A stretch of 64,000 nt of DNA. It comes from Pseudomonadota bacterium (GTDB lineage Bacteria; Pseudomonadota; Gammaproteobacteria; JAKAQQ01). Every line of letters begins with the position of its first letter. Within the stretch, counting starts at the first letter, position 1. The translations under genes and the position numbers were made by a program. The notes beneath the pieces are model-generated. The model made no database searches, was not told the origin of the DNA, and saw only the letters and a list, made by a program, of their open reading frames with translations. Shown here piece after piece: positions 27,743 to 38,112 of this stretch. The stretch lies in NCBI GenBank assembly GCA_021798115.1, contig JAJZYM010000008.1, forward strand, positions 3,709-67,708. Direction: 5' to 3'.

Positions 27743-29567
27743 GGAGACTCCGGTAAACCCTCTCGGCAAGGGTCCGGTGGAATCCCGGCACACGGGCGAT
27801 GTCTTCCACCCCCGCGCGCGCGAGATCGTGCAATCCCCCAAAGTGTACGAGAAGCGCCCGGCGCCGTTTGGGCCCGAGACCCGGAACCCCCTCGAGGGCC
27901 GAGGCCCCGGCACGGCGGCGGAGCCTCCGGCGGTGACCCTGGATCGCGAAACGGTGGGCCTCGTCCCGAAGGCGCTGGAGGAAGTGGACGACCGGGCTGT
28001 GGGGATCGAGAGAGAGAGGCTCGTCGTGAGCCGTGCCGTAGATCTTCTCCTCCCCGACCTTGCGCGCCGGGCCCTTGGCGATGGCCAGGATCGAGACGCG
28101 CCCCTCGAGCCCGAGCTCGGCGAGGACGCGGAGGGCGACGTCGCGCTGGCGGAGTCCTCCGTCGATGAGGAGGAGATCCGGCCGCCCCTCCCCTCCGGCG
28201 TCCCCGGCATCGTCCCCCCCGCGCGGACGGAGGGCCCGGCGAAGGGCTTCCTCGAGGGCGTGGTAGTCATCCCCCGGTCCGGCCGTGCGGATGTTGTAGC
28301 GCCGGTAGGCGTCCTTGAGAAGCCCTTCGGGCCCCGCCACCACACACGAGGCCACCGTGGCCTCCCCTCCCGTGTGGCTCACGTCGAAGCAGGCCACGCG
28401 CTGAAGGGGGTGCGGAGCCGAGACGAGAGCGGTGAGCTCGTCGAGGATCCCCCGCTGGAGGGCCTCCCCGGCGTGCCGGAGGACGAGGGCGTGGAGAGCG
28501 TTCTCCTCGACCATGGCCACCCAGCGGCGGCGGTCCCCGCGATGCCCGGCGGTGAGACGCGGGGCCGTCCCCCGCTCCTTGCCGAGAGCCTCGGCCACGG
28601 CGGCCGCGTCCGGGAGCGGGCGGTCGAGAACGATCTCGGGAGGGGGCGGATCCCCCGCGGCGTAGTGTTGGAGAAGGAAGGTGCGGAGAGTGTCCTCCGC
28701 GGTCTCCTCGAGTCCTCCCCGGGCCGGATAGCTCCACGTCCCGAGGGTGCGCCCGGAGCGGATCCGCATGAGAGCGACCGCCCGGAGCGGAGGACGCTCG
28801 GCAAGAGCGATCACGTCGAGATCGCCTCCGCGACGGCTCACGATCTGATGGGTCTGGATCTGACGGATCTGGAGGATCCGGTCGCGGATCTCGGCCGATT
28901 TCTCGAACTCGTAGCGTGCCGCCGCCTCGGTCATCTCGGCGTGGAGAGCATCGAGAATGTCGTGGGTGTTCCCCTCGAGGAAGCGGACGGCCTGGCCGAC
29001 GGCCTCGGCGTAGGCCTCGGGGCTGATGAGTCCCACGCAGGGGGCCGAGCAGTGTCCGATCTCGTACTGGAGGCAGGGCCGGTGGCGGTTGGTGAAGAAG
29101 CGGTCGTTGCAGTTCCGGAGCCGGAAGAAACGCGAGAGTTGCTGGAGCGTCTGGCGGACGGCCGGAGGATGGGGGTAGGGACCGAAGCAGCGGCCGCTCG
29201 GCCGGCGCGCGCGGTAGAGGACGAAGCGGGGGAACCCGAGCGTCTCGACGAGGCGGATGTAGGGGTAGCTCTTGTCGTCGCGGAAAATGATGTTGTAACG
29301 CGGCCGGTGGTGCTTGATGAGGTTGCTCTCGAGGAGGAGGGCCTCGGCCGAGCTCGCCGTCACCGTGATCTCGACGTCCCCCACCTGGGCGAGAAGACGA
29401 CGGATCCGTGGGCCCAACCTCTCGGGATGGGCGTAGCTCTGAAGGCGCGTGCGGAGGCGATCGGCCTTGCCGACGTAGAGCACCTCCCCCGAGGCGTCGA
29501 GCATGCGGTAGACCCCCGGAAGCCGGGGGGCGCGGGCCACGAGGCGGCGGAAACTCTCGGAATCCAC
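27723..29567 (-). CDS. uvrC: Excinuclease ABC subunit C
   Basis: GIY-YIG PGVYRM..LYVGKA, DDKSYPYI, CFDVSH, LRDEAHRFAI, HhH VPGLGPKRR. Confidence 0.97.
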   Translation of the reverse strand: MDSESFRRLVARAPRLPGVYRMLDASGEVLYVGKADRLRTRLQSYAHPERLGPRIRRLLAQVGDVEITVTASSAEALLLESNLIKHHRPRYNIIFRDDKSYPYIRLVETLGFPRFVLYRARRPSGRCFGPYPHPPAVRQTLQQLSRFFRLRNCNDRFFTNRHRPCLQYEIGHCSAPCVGLISPEAYAEAVGQAVRFLEGNTHDILDALHAEMTEAAARYEFEKSAEIRDRILQIRQIQTHQIVSRRGGDLDVIALAERPPLRAVALMRIRSGRTLGTWSYPARGGLEETAEDTLRTFLLQHYAAGDPPPPEIVLDRPLPDAAAVAEALGKERGTAPRLTAGHRGDRRRWVAMVEENALHALVLRHAGEALQRGILDELTALVSAPHPLQRVACFDVSHTGGEATVASCVVAGPEGLLKDAYRRYNIRTAGPGDDYHALEEALRRALRPRGGDDAGDAGGEGRPDLLLIDGGLRQRDVALRVLAELGLEGRVSILAIAKGPARKVGEEKIYGTAHDEPLSLDPHSPVVHFLQRLRDEAHRFAIQGHRRRLRRRAGASALEGVPGLGPKRRRALLVHFGGLHDLARAGVEDIARVPGFHRTLAERVYRSLHDEPPA

Positions 29568-29578
29568 GAGGGCGGGTC

Positions 29579-31012
29579 TCAGGCGACCGCGAAAGGATGG
29601 ACCGAGGTCTCGCCGCTCCGGGGATCGTGCCGGAGAATCCGGTGCCGGTTGGTCTCGGCAATCCAGACGAAGCCCTCCGGATCGACGGCGATCCCCCCGG
29701 GCTCTTCGAGACCGTCGAGGATCCTCGTGCTCGTTCCCCGGACGGGATCGAGGATCTTGATCGCCCCATTGTACGTGTCTGCCACCCAGACCCGGCCGTC
29801 GGCCCAGGCGACGGCGAGGGGGTGCTGGAGGGCCGTTTTCGCCAAGGGGCCGTCGCGGTCGCCGAAATCGAAGAGGCCCGTTCCGACCAGGGTCGAGACC
29901 CCACCCGTCCGCGGATCGAAGAGGCGGACGGCCGAGGTTTCGGCGTCGGCAATAAAGAGCCGTATCCCATCGGTGCCAAGCCCCGAGGGCTGGGCCAGGG
30001 CGGCGGCGGCCGCGGGCCCATCGACGATGTCCTCCCGTCCGCTCCCTGCGCGGCAGTGGAGAAGCTCTCGCCGCGGGTCGTAGCTCCAGACCTGGTGGCA
30101 ACCCGCCATCGCGATGAAAATCTCGCCCGCGACGTGCGCGAGATCCCAGGGGGAGGCGAGCGAGCTCGTGCGGGCCGGTCGCGGAGGGCTTCCGGGCCGG
30201 AAGCTGGGCTCAAAGCCCCGCGCGCCGGTCCCGGCGAGGGTCCGCACGGATCCGTCTTCGAGATCGACCGCGCGCAGAAGGTGGTTCCCGCGATCCGCGA
30301 CGTAGAGCGTGCCTCCCACCCGCACGAGACCCTGGGGGTCGCGGAAGGAGGCCCGAGCCGCGGGCCCATCCTCCGCACCGGGGCGGCCGGACCCGAACCG
30401 GCGCACGGTCCCGGCCCTCCGATCGAGGACAAGAAGCCGGTGGTGGCCGCTGTCCGCGACCGCGAGGATCTCCTCGTCGACGGTGATCTTGCCCGGATAG
30501 GCCAGGGACCCCGGAGGCGCTGTGGCCTCCGGAGGGTAGTCCGCCGGGGCGCGGACGAGCGTCGGGCTCTTCGGGACGAGGGTGTCGAGCAAGCGGGCGA
30601 TCACCGCGCCCTGGCCCTCCCCGGCGCCCACGTGCACGAGGACGCCCCCGGGATCGACGAGCGCAAGCGTCGGCCAGGCGCGCACACCGTAGCGACGCCA
30701 GAGGTCCATCCCGGCGTCGAGGGCGAGGAAATGACGGATCCCGAGGCGGGCTGCGGCCTCGAGCCCCTTGCGCGGGTCCGCTTCCTCGGGGAACTTGGGG
30801 CTCAGGATCCCGACGACGGAGAGAACCTCGGCGTAACGCTCTTCGAGGTCTTCGAGTTCGCGGAGCACGTGAAGACAGTTGATGCAGCAGAACGTCCAGA
30901 AGTCGAGGAGCACGAAACGTCCACGGAAAGAGGCCAGCGGACGCGGCTTGCGCGGCCGGAGCCAGACGAGATCCAGAGGGAACTCGGGGGCGCGCACCGC
31001 CCCGTCGGCCAC
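29579..31012 (-). CDS. Thioredoxin-like plus NHL-repeat protein (NHLRC2/SOQ1-like)
   Basis: LLDFWTFCCINCLH, YGVRAWPTL, repeated VADxxNH NHL units, LAQPSGL, ADAETSAVR, GLFDFGDRDG, LQHPL. Confidence 0.92.
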   Translation of the reverse strand: MADGAVRAPEFPLDLVWLRPRKPRPLASFRGRFVLLDFWTFCCINCLHVLRELEDLEERYAEVLSVVGILSPKFPEEADPRKGLEAAARLGIRHFLALDAGMDLWRRYGVRAWPTLALVDPGGVLVHVGAGEGQGAVIARLLDTLVPKSPTLVRAPADYPPEATAPPGSLAYPGKITVDEEILAVADSGHHRLLVLDRRAGTVRRFGSGRPGAEDGPAARASFRDPQGLVRVGGTLYVADRGNHLLRAVDLEDGSVRTLAGTGARGFEPSFRPGSPPRPARTSSLASPWDLAHVAGEIFIAMAGCHQVWSYDPRRELLHCRAGSGREDIVDGPAAAAALAQPSGLGTDGIRLFIADAETSAVRLFDPRTGGVSTLVGTGLFDFGDRDGPLAKTALQHPLAVAWADGRVWVADTYNGAIKILDPVRGTSTRILDGLEEPGGIAVDPEGFVWIAETNRHRILRHDPRSGETSVHPFAVA

Positions 31013-31016
31013 GGCC

Positions 31017-31724
31017 TCAGTCCTCGGCGGGGATGGACGTCGCTTCCCCGGGGAGAAGGCCGGACAGCACGGCCGCGCGGAGAAGCTCGGCGGGGTTGCC
31101 GGCACCGAGCTTCTGCGAGAGACGGTGGCGGTAGGTGCGCACCGTGGTGGGGCTCAGGTGGAGCCGCTCGGCGATCTCCTGCGTCCCCACTCCCTGACCC
31201 CAGAGTTCGAGAACCTGGATCTCGCGGTGGCTGAGCCGCGGCGGAGCGCCACCGCGACGCTGACGGCTCGTGCCCACGTAGAGGCGGGCGACGTCGGCGC
31301 TGAGGTAAAGGTCATCGCACAGCACGGCGTGGATCGCGCCGACGACCTCGTCGACCGCACAGTCCTTGCTGAGAAACCCGTGGGCCCCGGCCTCGAGGAC
31401 GGCGCTCAGGTACGGCTCCTGATACGAAACCGAGAGGACGATGATGCGCACGCCGGGACAGCGGCGCCGCAGACGCCTCACGGTCTCGAGCCCCCCGAGC
31501 CCCGGCATGTGGAGATCGAGAAGGACGACATCGGCGGGGACACGGCCCAAAAGCGCAAGGGCTTCCTCACCGTTCGCGGCTTCCGCCACGACCTCGATGC
31601 CGGGATCCTGCGCCAGGATCTTGCGGAGCCCGGCGCGGAGAAGGTTGTGGTCGTCGACCACGACGACACGGATGGAGCCCGCCACCCCCGGGGGTTGCAC
31701 ACAGGAATCAGCGGCCACGGACAT
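31017..31724 (-). CDS. uvrY: NarL-family response regulator, UvrY/GacA-like
   Basis: VVDDH, LLDLHMPGLGGLE, GFLSK, LSHREIQV LuxR HTH; position upstream of uvrC-pgsA. Confidence 0.75.
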   Translation of the reverse strand: MSVAADSCVQPPGVAGSIRVVVVDDHNLLRAGLRKILAQDPGIEVVAEAANGEEALALLGRVPADVVLLDLHMPGLGGLETVRRLRRRCPGVRIIVLSVSYQEPYLSAVLEAGAHGFLSKDCAVDEVVGAIHAVLCDDLYLSADVARLYVGTSRQRRGGAPPRLSHREIQVLELWGQGVGTQEIAERLHLSPTTVRTYRHRLSQKLGAGNPAELLRAAVLSGLLPGEATSIPAED

Positions 31725-32094
31725 GCGCACGTCCTCCCACGCCCGAGGGTCCCCGAGCCACGCTCGTCAAGATCCCTAGTCTAGCCCGCTCCGAACGGCC
31801 GGGCGCGACTCCCCCCGGACCCCCGTCCCAGACCGGCACGCCTCCTTCTCACCGGACCAGACCCGTCCCAAGAATTTTGAACCCCCCTGCCCTTCGGCGG
31901 ACGGGCTTCTCGAACATCCTCGCCTGTAGAGGCTCTCGCCCCTGCCCACCAAAACCACCTGCAGGCGACCGGGATCCCGAGCGAGGACCCCGATCGATGG
32001 GGCCGGTTCGCGGTTGAAGACGGGCGTCCCGAAGAGCTCGACTGTGGCGAATGCGGCCGCGTGGTGCGGCGGAGTGCTCACTTGTCTCCGGGAG

Positions 32095-32590
32095 GGGCCG
32101 TCGCCTCCCCGGGCAGGATTCCCGCAACGACCGCCACCCGCAGAAGTTCGGCGGTGCTCCGTGTCCCAAACTTCTGGCACGGGCGGTGACGTAGGTCCGG
32201 ACGGGGGTCGTGCTCACGTGAAGCCGCTCCGCGATCTCCTGGGTGCCTACCCCCTGGCCCCAGAGCTCGAGCACCTGGAGTTCACGGTGACTCAGACGGG
32301 GGGAACTCCCCGGTGCGGACGACGACCCCCGACGTAGTGATACGCCACGTCCGGGCTCAGATCGAGCCGGTCCTCGAGCACCGCGTGGACGGCCCGGGGA
32401 ACCTCGTCGGCCGCACCGTCCTTGCTGAGCAAACCGTGAGCCCCAGCCTCGAGAACCGTGCTGAGGTACGGCTCCGGACAGGAGACGGAGATCACGATGA
32501 CACGGACGTCGGGGTCCTGGTCGGGAATCCGCCGGAGCCCCACACGGAGGAGATTACGGTCGTCCACCACGAGGACCCGGACGGGCCCCT
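32095..32590 (-). pseudogene. Decayed tandem copy of the UvrY-like response regulator
   Basis: VRVLVVDDRNLLRVGL, EPYLSTVLEAGAHGLLSKD, VLELWGQGVGTQEIAERLH match 31017-31724; 49-codon internal deletion and frameshifts. Confidence 0.88.
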
Positions 32591-33062
32591 TGGGCGGAGG
32601 AAACCCCACCGAACGGTCGGCACTCGCGGGCCTCGACGTTGCTCGTCTCAGAGCCCGTTGCGGGGCGCAGGACCCGGGATTCACCGGCAGCCGCGCACGC
32701 CTGCGGATTTAAGGGGATACCGAAAAAGTTGGCAACAGTCTCTCGGAAACAGCCCCTCGCTCCACAGCGATCCACCGTCCTCCCGAGCCGAGGCCCGGGA
32801 GCCCTCCCCCACATGCCGGGCCGATCATTCGCGAGTCTTGAGGAGTGTCCTCGCCTGCCGACAGGCCTATCATGATGGGGGCTCGGCTTTGGCCGCCGCG
32901 TGGGCGGTGACTTCGACTCACGCCGGGCACCATCATTTGCCCTGCAGAAACGATGGACCATTTTCAGCTTCCGGACCGAGAACGGGCTTCTGCAAACCGG
33001 AGACCCAGCCACCCGTCGGCAGCTTTTGACGGACGACTTGGAAACACCATCGGAGAAGACGC

Positions 33063-34103
33063 ATGGTCAGGATCCGCAACAAGAAACACCTCGCCCTGCT
33101 GATTCTGCTTCTGGCACTGGGCATCGGCCTGGTCGCTTGGTGGGCGTATCGCCCCACGGGCACACTCAACACCTTGACCCTCTACGGGAACGTCGACATC
33201 CGCCAGGTGCAGTCGGCCTTCAACGACAACGGTCGGGTGCAAAGGCTCCTGGTGCAGGAAGGGGACCGTGTGACCCGGGGGCAATTGCTGGCGGAGCTGG
33301 ATCCCAGCCGTTTTCGGGATGCCGTCGATCGTGACCGGGCGAGGGTGGCCGCCCAGGAGCAGGTCCTGGCGCGTCTCCTGGCCGGTTCCCGTCCGGAGGA
33401 GATCGCCGAGGCCCGGGCCCGGGTGGCCGCCGCCCGGGCGAAGCTGGAAAATGCCGAGATCATCTGGAAGCGGCAGAAGGCCCTGGCCGCCGAGCAGGAT
33501 GTCACGAGACAGAGCCTGGACGACGCCACCGCCGCTCTCAAGACGGCCCGGGCCGATCTGGATCGTGGCCAAGAGGCCCTCATCCTCGCCCTCAAAGGGC
33601 CACGCCGGGAGGATATTGCGGCGGCCCGAGCCCAACTGCAGGCGGATCGGGCGGCGTTGGCTCTGGCCCGAAGGGAGTTGCAGGACACCAAACTCTACGC
33701 GCCGGAAAACGCCGTCGTGGAGGACCGTATCGTCGAACCCGGAGACATGGTTTCCCCCGACACACCGGTCTTGACCCTGGCTCTCGACAATCCCGTCTGG
33801 GTCCGCGCCTACCTGCGGGAAACGGCGCTCGGGAAGGTGCGGCTGGGCATGCGTGCGGACATCGAGAGCGATTCCTTCCCCGGCAAGCGTTTCGCGGGCT
33901 GGGTCGGTTTCATCTCGCCGACGGCCGAGTTTACCCCGAAGACCGTCGAGACCACCGCCCTGCGGACGGAACTCGTCTACCGGGTTCGCGTGTACGCCTG
34001 CAACCCCCGGCACGAACTGCGCCTGGGCATGCCGGTGACGGTGCGGATTGCCTTGCGGGACAACCCGCCTCAAACCCTCGCCGAGCATCCCTGTGGTCGC
34101 TGA
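33063..34103 (+). CDS. HlyD-family membrane fusion protein (YbhG-like)
   Basis: LYGNVDIRQV, VQEGDRV, coiled coil, FISPTAEFTPKTVET..LRTELVYRVR. Confidence 0.93.
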   Translation: MVRIRNKKHLALLILLLALGIGLVAWWAYRPTGTLNTLTLYGNVDIRQVQSAFNDNGRVQRLLVQEGDRVTRGQLLAELDPSRFRDAVDRDRARVAAQEQVLARLLAGSRPEEIAEARARVAAARAKLENAEIIWKRQKALAAEQDVTRQSLDDATAALKTARADLDRGQEALILALKGPRREDIAAARAQLQADRAALALARRELQDTKLYAPENAVVEDRIVEPGDMVSPDTPVLTLALDNPVWVRAYLRETALGKVRLGMRADIESDSFPGKRFAGWVGFISPTAEFTPKTVETTALRTELVYRVRVYACNPRHELRLGMPVTVRIALRDNPPQTLAEHPCGR

Positions 34104-35838
34104 GACCACCCTCACGAGCCCCCTGCGCCTGGAGGGCGTGCGCAAGCGTTTCCAGCGCGGCAAGGAGTCGGTCCTGGCTCTGGACGGCCTGGATCTGGAT
34201 CTGGCTCCCGGACAGGTGACGGGACTCCTGGGCCCGGACGGGGCCGGCAAGACCACCCTCCTCCGCCTCGCCGCGGGACTCCTGCGCCCTAGTGAAGGGC
34301 GGGTGTTTCTTTTTGGCAGGGAGGGCGGCGCCGAAGACAAAGACCTTCAGGTCAGGATCGGTTACATGCCCCAACGCTTTGGTCTCTACGAAGACTTGAC
34401 GGTGCAGGAGAATCTGGATCTCTACAGCGATCTGCAAGGGCTCGACCCGGAGCAGGCGCGACACCGTCAGGACGAGCTCCTGACACTCACCGCCCTCGGG
34501 CCCTTTGGCAAGCGCCGCGCCGGGGCTCTCTCGGGGGGCATGAAACAGAAGCTGGGTCTGGCCTGCGCCCTCCTCCGCGCCCCGCCGCTCCTGCTCCTGG
34601 ACGAGCCCACGGTGGGGGTGGACCCCATTGCCCGCCGGGAACTCTGGGAGATCGTCCAGGGCCTGCGCGCTGCGGGAACGACGGTGCTCATGAGTACCGC
34701 CTATTTCGACGAGGCCGAGCGCTGCGACAGCCTCGTCCTCCTCCATCAGGGCCGACTGCTCCGGCAAGGAAGTCCGGAACGTTTCACGGAGCCCCTGCGA
34801 GGGCGTTGCTATCGGGTGCGTCACGCCGACGAGCGACGGCGGGCGTTGCGCGAGTCCCTGCAGCAGCGCCCCGGGGTGCGGGATGCACGGATCGTCGCCG
34901 ACGGTGTTCGGGTCCTCACCGGCCCTGAACCCGTGACTCCCGAGGCCGGAGAGCGCTGGGAGCCCATGCCGCCGACTTTTGAAGACGCCTTTGTGGATCT
35001 CTTGGGATCGGGAGGGGCGGGATCCGTCGCCACGGCGTCCGCGGCATCCCCCGTGAGCGTGGGCGACGCGGCGGCCGAGACGGTCGTGGAAGTGAAGGAA
35101 CTGCGGAAATGCTTCGGTCGCTACGAGGCGGTGAAAAGCAGCACCTTTACCGTGCGCCGCGGTGAGATCTTCGGTCTCCTGGGGGCCAACGGGGCCGGCA
35201 AGACCACGACCTTTCGCATGCTCTGCGGTCTTTTGCCTCCGTCGGGCGGCAGCCTGCGGGTGGCCGGCGTCGACATGCGTCGGGCCGGCAGCACGGCCCG
35301 CGCCCGCCTCGGCTACGTGGCGCAGAAATTCGCCCTCTACGGGAACCTCAGCGTCGACCAGAATCTCGCCTTCTTCGCCGCTGCCTACGATCTCGGAGGC
35401 CCGGCCCGGCGCGCGGCCATGGCCCGCGCCCGGGAAGAATTTCAGCTCGCCCCCTACGGCGCCGTCAACGCCGACGACCTGCCTCTCGGCATCAAACAGC
35501 GCCTCGCCCTCGCCTGCGCCTTGCTCCACGAACCGACCATTCTCTTTCTGGACGAGCCCACCTCCGGGGTGGATCCCTTGACGCGCCGGGAGTTCTGGCA
35601 ACGCATCAACGCCCTGGCGGCGCAGGGGGTGACGGTGCTCATCACCACCCACTTCATGGACGAGGCGGAATACTGCGATCGCCTGGTCCTGATGTCCCGG
35701 GGGGCGGTTCTCGCCCAGGGCAGTCCCACCGAACTGAGGACGCTGGCCCAAAGCCCGGACCGTCCCGACCCGAGCATGGAAGAGGCCTTCATCCAGCTCA
35801 TTGAAGCCCACGAGAGCCCCCTCCGGCAGGCCTCATGA
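34093..35838 (+). CDS. ABC transporter double ATP-binding protein (YbhF-like)
   Basis: Two Walker A motifs (GPDGAGKT, GANGAGKT), LSGGMKQK, LLLDEPT, LFLDEPTSG. Confidence 0.95.
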   Translation: MVAETTLTSPLRLEGVRKRFQRGKESVLALDGLDLDLAPGQVTGLLGPDGAGKTTLLRLAAGLLRPSEGRVFLFGREGGAEDKDLQVRIGYMPQRFGLYEDLTVQENLDLYSDLQGLDPEQARHRQDELLTLTALGPFGKRRAGALSGGMKQKLGLACALLRAPPLLLLDEPTVGVDPIARRELWEIVQGLRAAGTTVLMSTAYFDEAERCDSLVLLHQGRLLRQGSPERFTEPLRGRCYRVRHADERRRALRESLQQRPGVRDARIVADGVRVLTGPEPVTPEAGERWEPMPPTFEDAFVDLLGSGGAGSVATASAASPVSVGDAAAETVVEVKELRKCFGRYEAVKSSTFTVRRGEIFGLLGANGAGKTTTFRMLCGLLPPSGGSLRVAGVDMRRAGSTARARLGYVAQKFALYGNLSVDQNLAFFAAAYDLGGPARRAAMARAREEFQLAPYGAVNADDLPLGIKQRLALACALLHEPTILFLDEPTSGVDPLTRREFWQRINALAAQGVTVLITTHFMDEAEYCDRLVLMSRGAVLAQGSPTELRTLAQSPDRPDPSMEEAFIQLIEAHESPLRQAS

Positions 35839-36950
35839 ATCTCCGGCGCCTGCGCGCGCTCGTCCGCAAGGAGTTCCTGCAGATCCTGCGGGATCCTTCG
35901 GCCATCGCCATCGCGTTTTTCATGCCGGTCTTTCTCCTCCTTCTCTTTGGCTACGGCGTTTCCCTCGACGCCCGCCACATTCCCCTGGCGGTGGTCGTGG
36001 ACCGGCCGACGGCGGAGACCGCCTCCTTCGTGGGTGGCCTCGAGCGGTCGTCGTATTTTGCGCCGAGGTTCTTTCCCGGCATGCGGCAAGCCCGGAGGGC
36101 CCTCGGGAAACGGCGGGTGGACGGGATCGTCTGGCTGCGTTCCCGTTTCAGTCGCCGGATCCTGCGGGGCGAGACGACCTCCATCGGAGTCTTCGTCAAC
36201 GGGGTGGACGCCAACAACGCCCGGATCGTCGAGGGCTATCTCGAAGGGGTCTGGCAGAATTGGCAGGCGCAGCGCGCTCTGGCGGCGGGCCAACCCCTGG
36301 TCGTCCCGGTGAAGGGCCAAGAGCGGATCTGGTTCAACCCCGCCCTGCGAAGCCGGGATTATCTGGTTCCGGGACTGATCGCGGTGATCATGACCCTGAT
36401 CGGGGCTCTGCTCACGGCCCTCGTGGTCGCCCGGGAGTGGGAGCGGGGCACCATGGAGGCGCTGATGGCGACCCCGGCGCAGATGACCGAGATCCTCCTC
36501 GGCAAACTGATCCCGTATTACGTCATGGGCATGGGCGGCATGCTGCTCTCGGTGGCGATGGCGGTCGGACTCTTTGACGTTCCGTTGCGCGGAAGCTTCG
36601 CGGTCCTGCTCCTGGTCTCGACCCTCTTTCTCCTGGTCGCCCTGGGCATGGGGCTTCTCATCTCCAGCGTGGCGCGCAACCAATTCGTCGCCGGCCAGAT
36701 CGCCATCGTCGTGACGTTCCTGCCCGCCTTCATCCTCTCGGGTTTCATTTTCTATATCCCGTCCATGCCCGCGCCGATCCGGATCCTCACCCACCTCGTC
36801 GCCGCCCGCTACTTCGTGAGCATCCTTCAGACCCTCTTTCTGGCGGGCGACGTCTGGCCCGTCATCCTCGGCAACAGCCTGGCCCTCACGCTCATGGCGA
36901 TCTTCTTTCTCGGCCTGACCCTGCGCCGCTCCCACAAGAGGCTGGACTGA
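35835..36950 (+). CDS. ABC-2 type permease (YbhS-like)
   Basis: KEFLQILRD, LVPGLIAVIM, VAREWERGTMEAL; ATGA overlap. Confidence 0.93.
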   Translation: MNLRRLRALVRKEFLQILRDPSAIAIAFFMPVFLLLLFGYGVSLDARHIPLAVVVDRPTAETASFVGGLERSSYFAPRFFPGMRQARRALGKRRVDGIVWLRSRFSRRILRGETTSIGVFVNGVDANNARIVEGYLEGVWQNWQAQRALAAGQPLVVPVKGQERIWFNPALRSRDYLVPGLIAVIMTLIGALLTALVVAREWERGTMEALMATPAQMTEILLGKLIPYYVMGMGGMLLSVAMAVGLFDVPLRGSFAVLLLVSTLFLLVALGMGLLISSVARNQFVAGQIAIVVTFLPAFILSGFIFYIPSMPAPIRILTHLVAARYFVSILQTLFLAGDVWPVILGNSLALTLMAIFFLGLTLRRSHKRLD

Positions 36951-38059
36951 TGCCGGCGCGGATCTGGGCTCTCGCGGTCAAGGAGTTCCTCGCCATCCTG
37001 CGCGACAAGAAGAGCCGTTTCGTCCTGATCGGCCCGCCCCTCATCCAGCTTCTGGTCTTCGGCTACGCCGCCACCTTCGATCTCCACCACATTCCCTACG
37101 CCGTCTACAACCGGGATCCGGGCTTCGCGTCCCGCGAATTGCTGGGTGATTTCCAGGGCTCACGCGCCTTTCGGCGGGTGGCGACCCTGACCCGCGACGG
37201 CCAGATCGCTCCCCTCATCGATCGGGAAAAGGCCTTGCTGGTCCTTCAGATCGGTCCCCGTTTCACCGAAGATCTGCTGCGCCACCGTCCGGCACCGGTG
37301 CAGGTCATCATCGACGGACGCGATTCCAACACCGCCACCATCGCCCTCGACTACGTCAACAGCATCCTGCTCGCCTTCGACGCCCGCTGGGCGCGGGATC
37401 ATCACTGGGGCCGTCCGCCGACGCAACTCGTCACCCGTGCCTGGTTCAATCCCAATCTCCGCTCACGCTGGTTCATCGTCCCCGGCATCGTCGCCCTCCT
37501 GACCCTGGTGGTGACCCTGCTGGTGACGGGGCTTTCGGTGGCGCGGGAGCGGGAACAGGGCACGTTCGACCAGCTCCTGGTGACCCCGATGACGCCCTGG
37601 GAAATCCTCGCCGGCAAGGCCCTTCCGGGGATCCTCGTCGGCGCCGTGGAGGGAACGTTCATCACCCTCATGGCGGTGTTTTGGTTCGGGGTGCCCTTCC
37701 TCGGCAGCGTCCTCGCCCTGGCGGTCGGGATGCTGCTCTTTCTTCTGGCCGCCGTCGGTGTGGGGCTCATGATCTCGTCTCTCTCCACGACCCAGCAGCA
37801 GGGCCTCCTCGGTGTCTTTCTCTTCCTGGTGCCCGCCATCATCCTCTCGGGCTTTGCCACCCCCATCGCCAACATGCCGGCCGCGGTCCGGGTCCTGACC
37901 TACGCCAATCCCCTGCGCTACTTTCTGGTGATCGTGCGCGGGGCTTTCCTCGAAGGGGATGGGTTGCGGGCGCTCGGGAGCCAGTATTGGCCGCTGGCGA
38001 TCATCGCCGGCCTGAGCATGACGGCGGCGGCCTGGCTTTTCCGTCGGCGTCTGCGCTGA
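36950..38059 (+). CDS. ABC-2 type permease (YbhR-like)
   Basis: KEFLAILRD, SVAREREQGTFDQLLVTP, LSGFATPIANMP, NPLRYF. Confidence 0.93.
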   Translation: MPARIWALAVKEFLAILRDKKSRFVLIGPPLIQLLVFGYAATFDLHHIPYAVYNRDPGFASRELLGDFQGSRAFRRVATLTRDGQIAPLIDREKALLVLQIGPRFTEDLLRHRPAPVQVIIDGRDSNTATIALDYVNSILLAFDARWARDHHWGRPPTQLVTRAWFNPNLRSRWFIVPGIVALLTLVVTLLVTGLSVAREREQGTFDQLLVTPMTPWEILAGKALPGILVGAVEGTFITLMAVFWFGVPFLGSVLALAVGMLLFLLAAVGVGLMISSLSTTQQQGLLGVFLFLVPAIILSGFATPIANMPAAVRVLTYANPLRYFLVIVRGAFLEGDGLRALGSQYWPLAIIAGLSMTAAAWLFRRRLR

Positions 38060-38112
38060 GGTCGCGGCCGCACGCAAGGCCCGTCTCCCCCTCGGGACGA
38101 GGCCGGCCTCCC

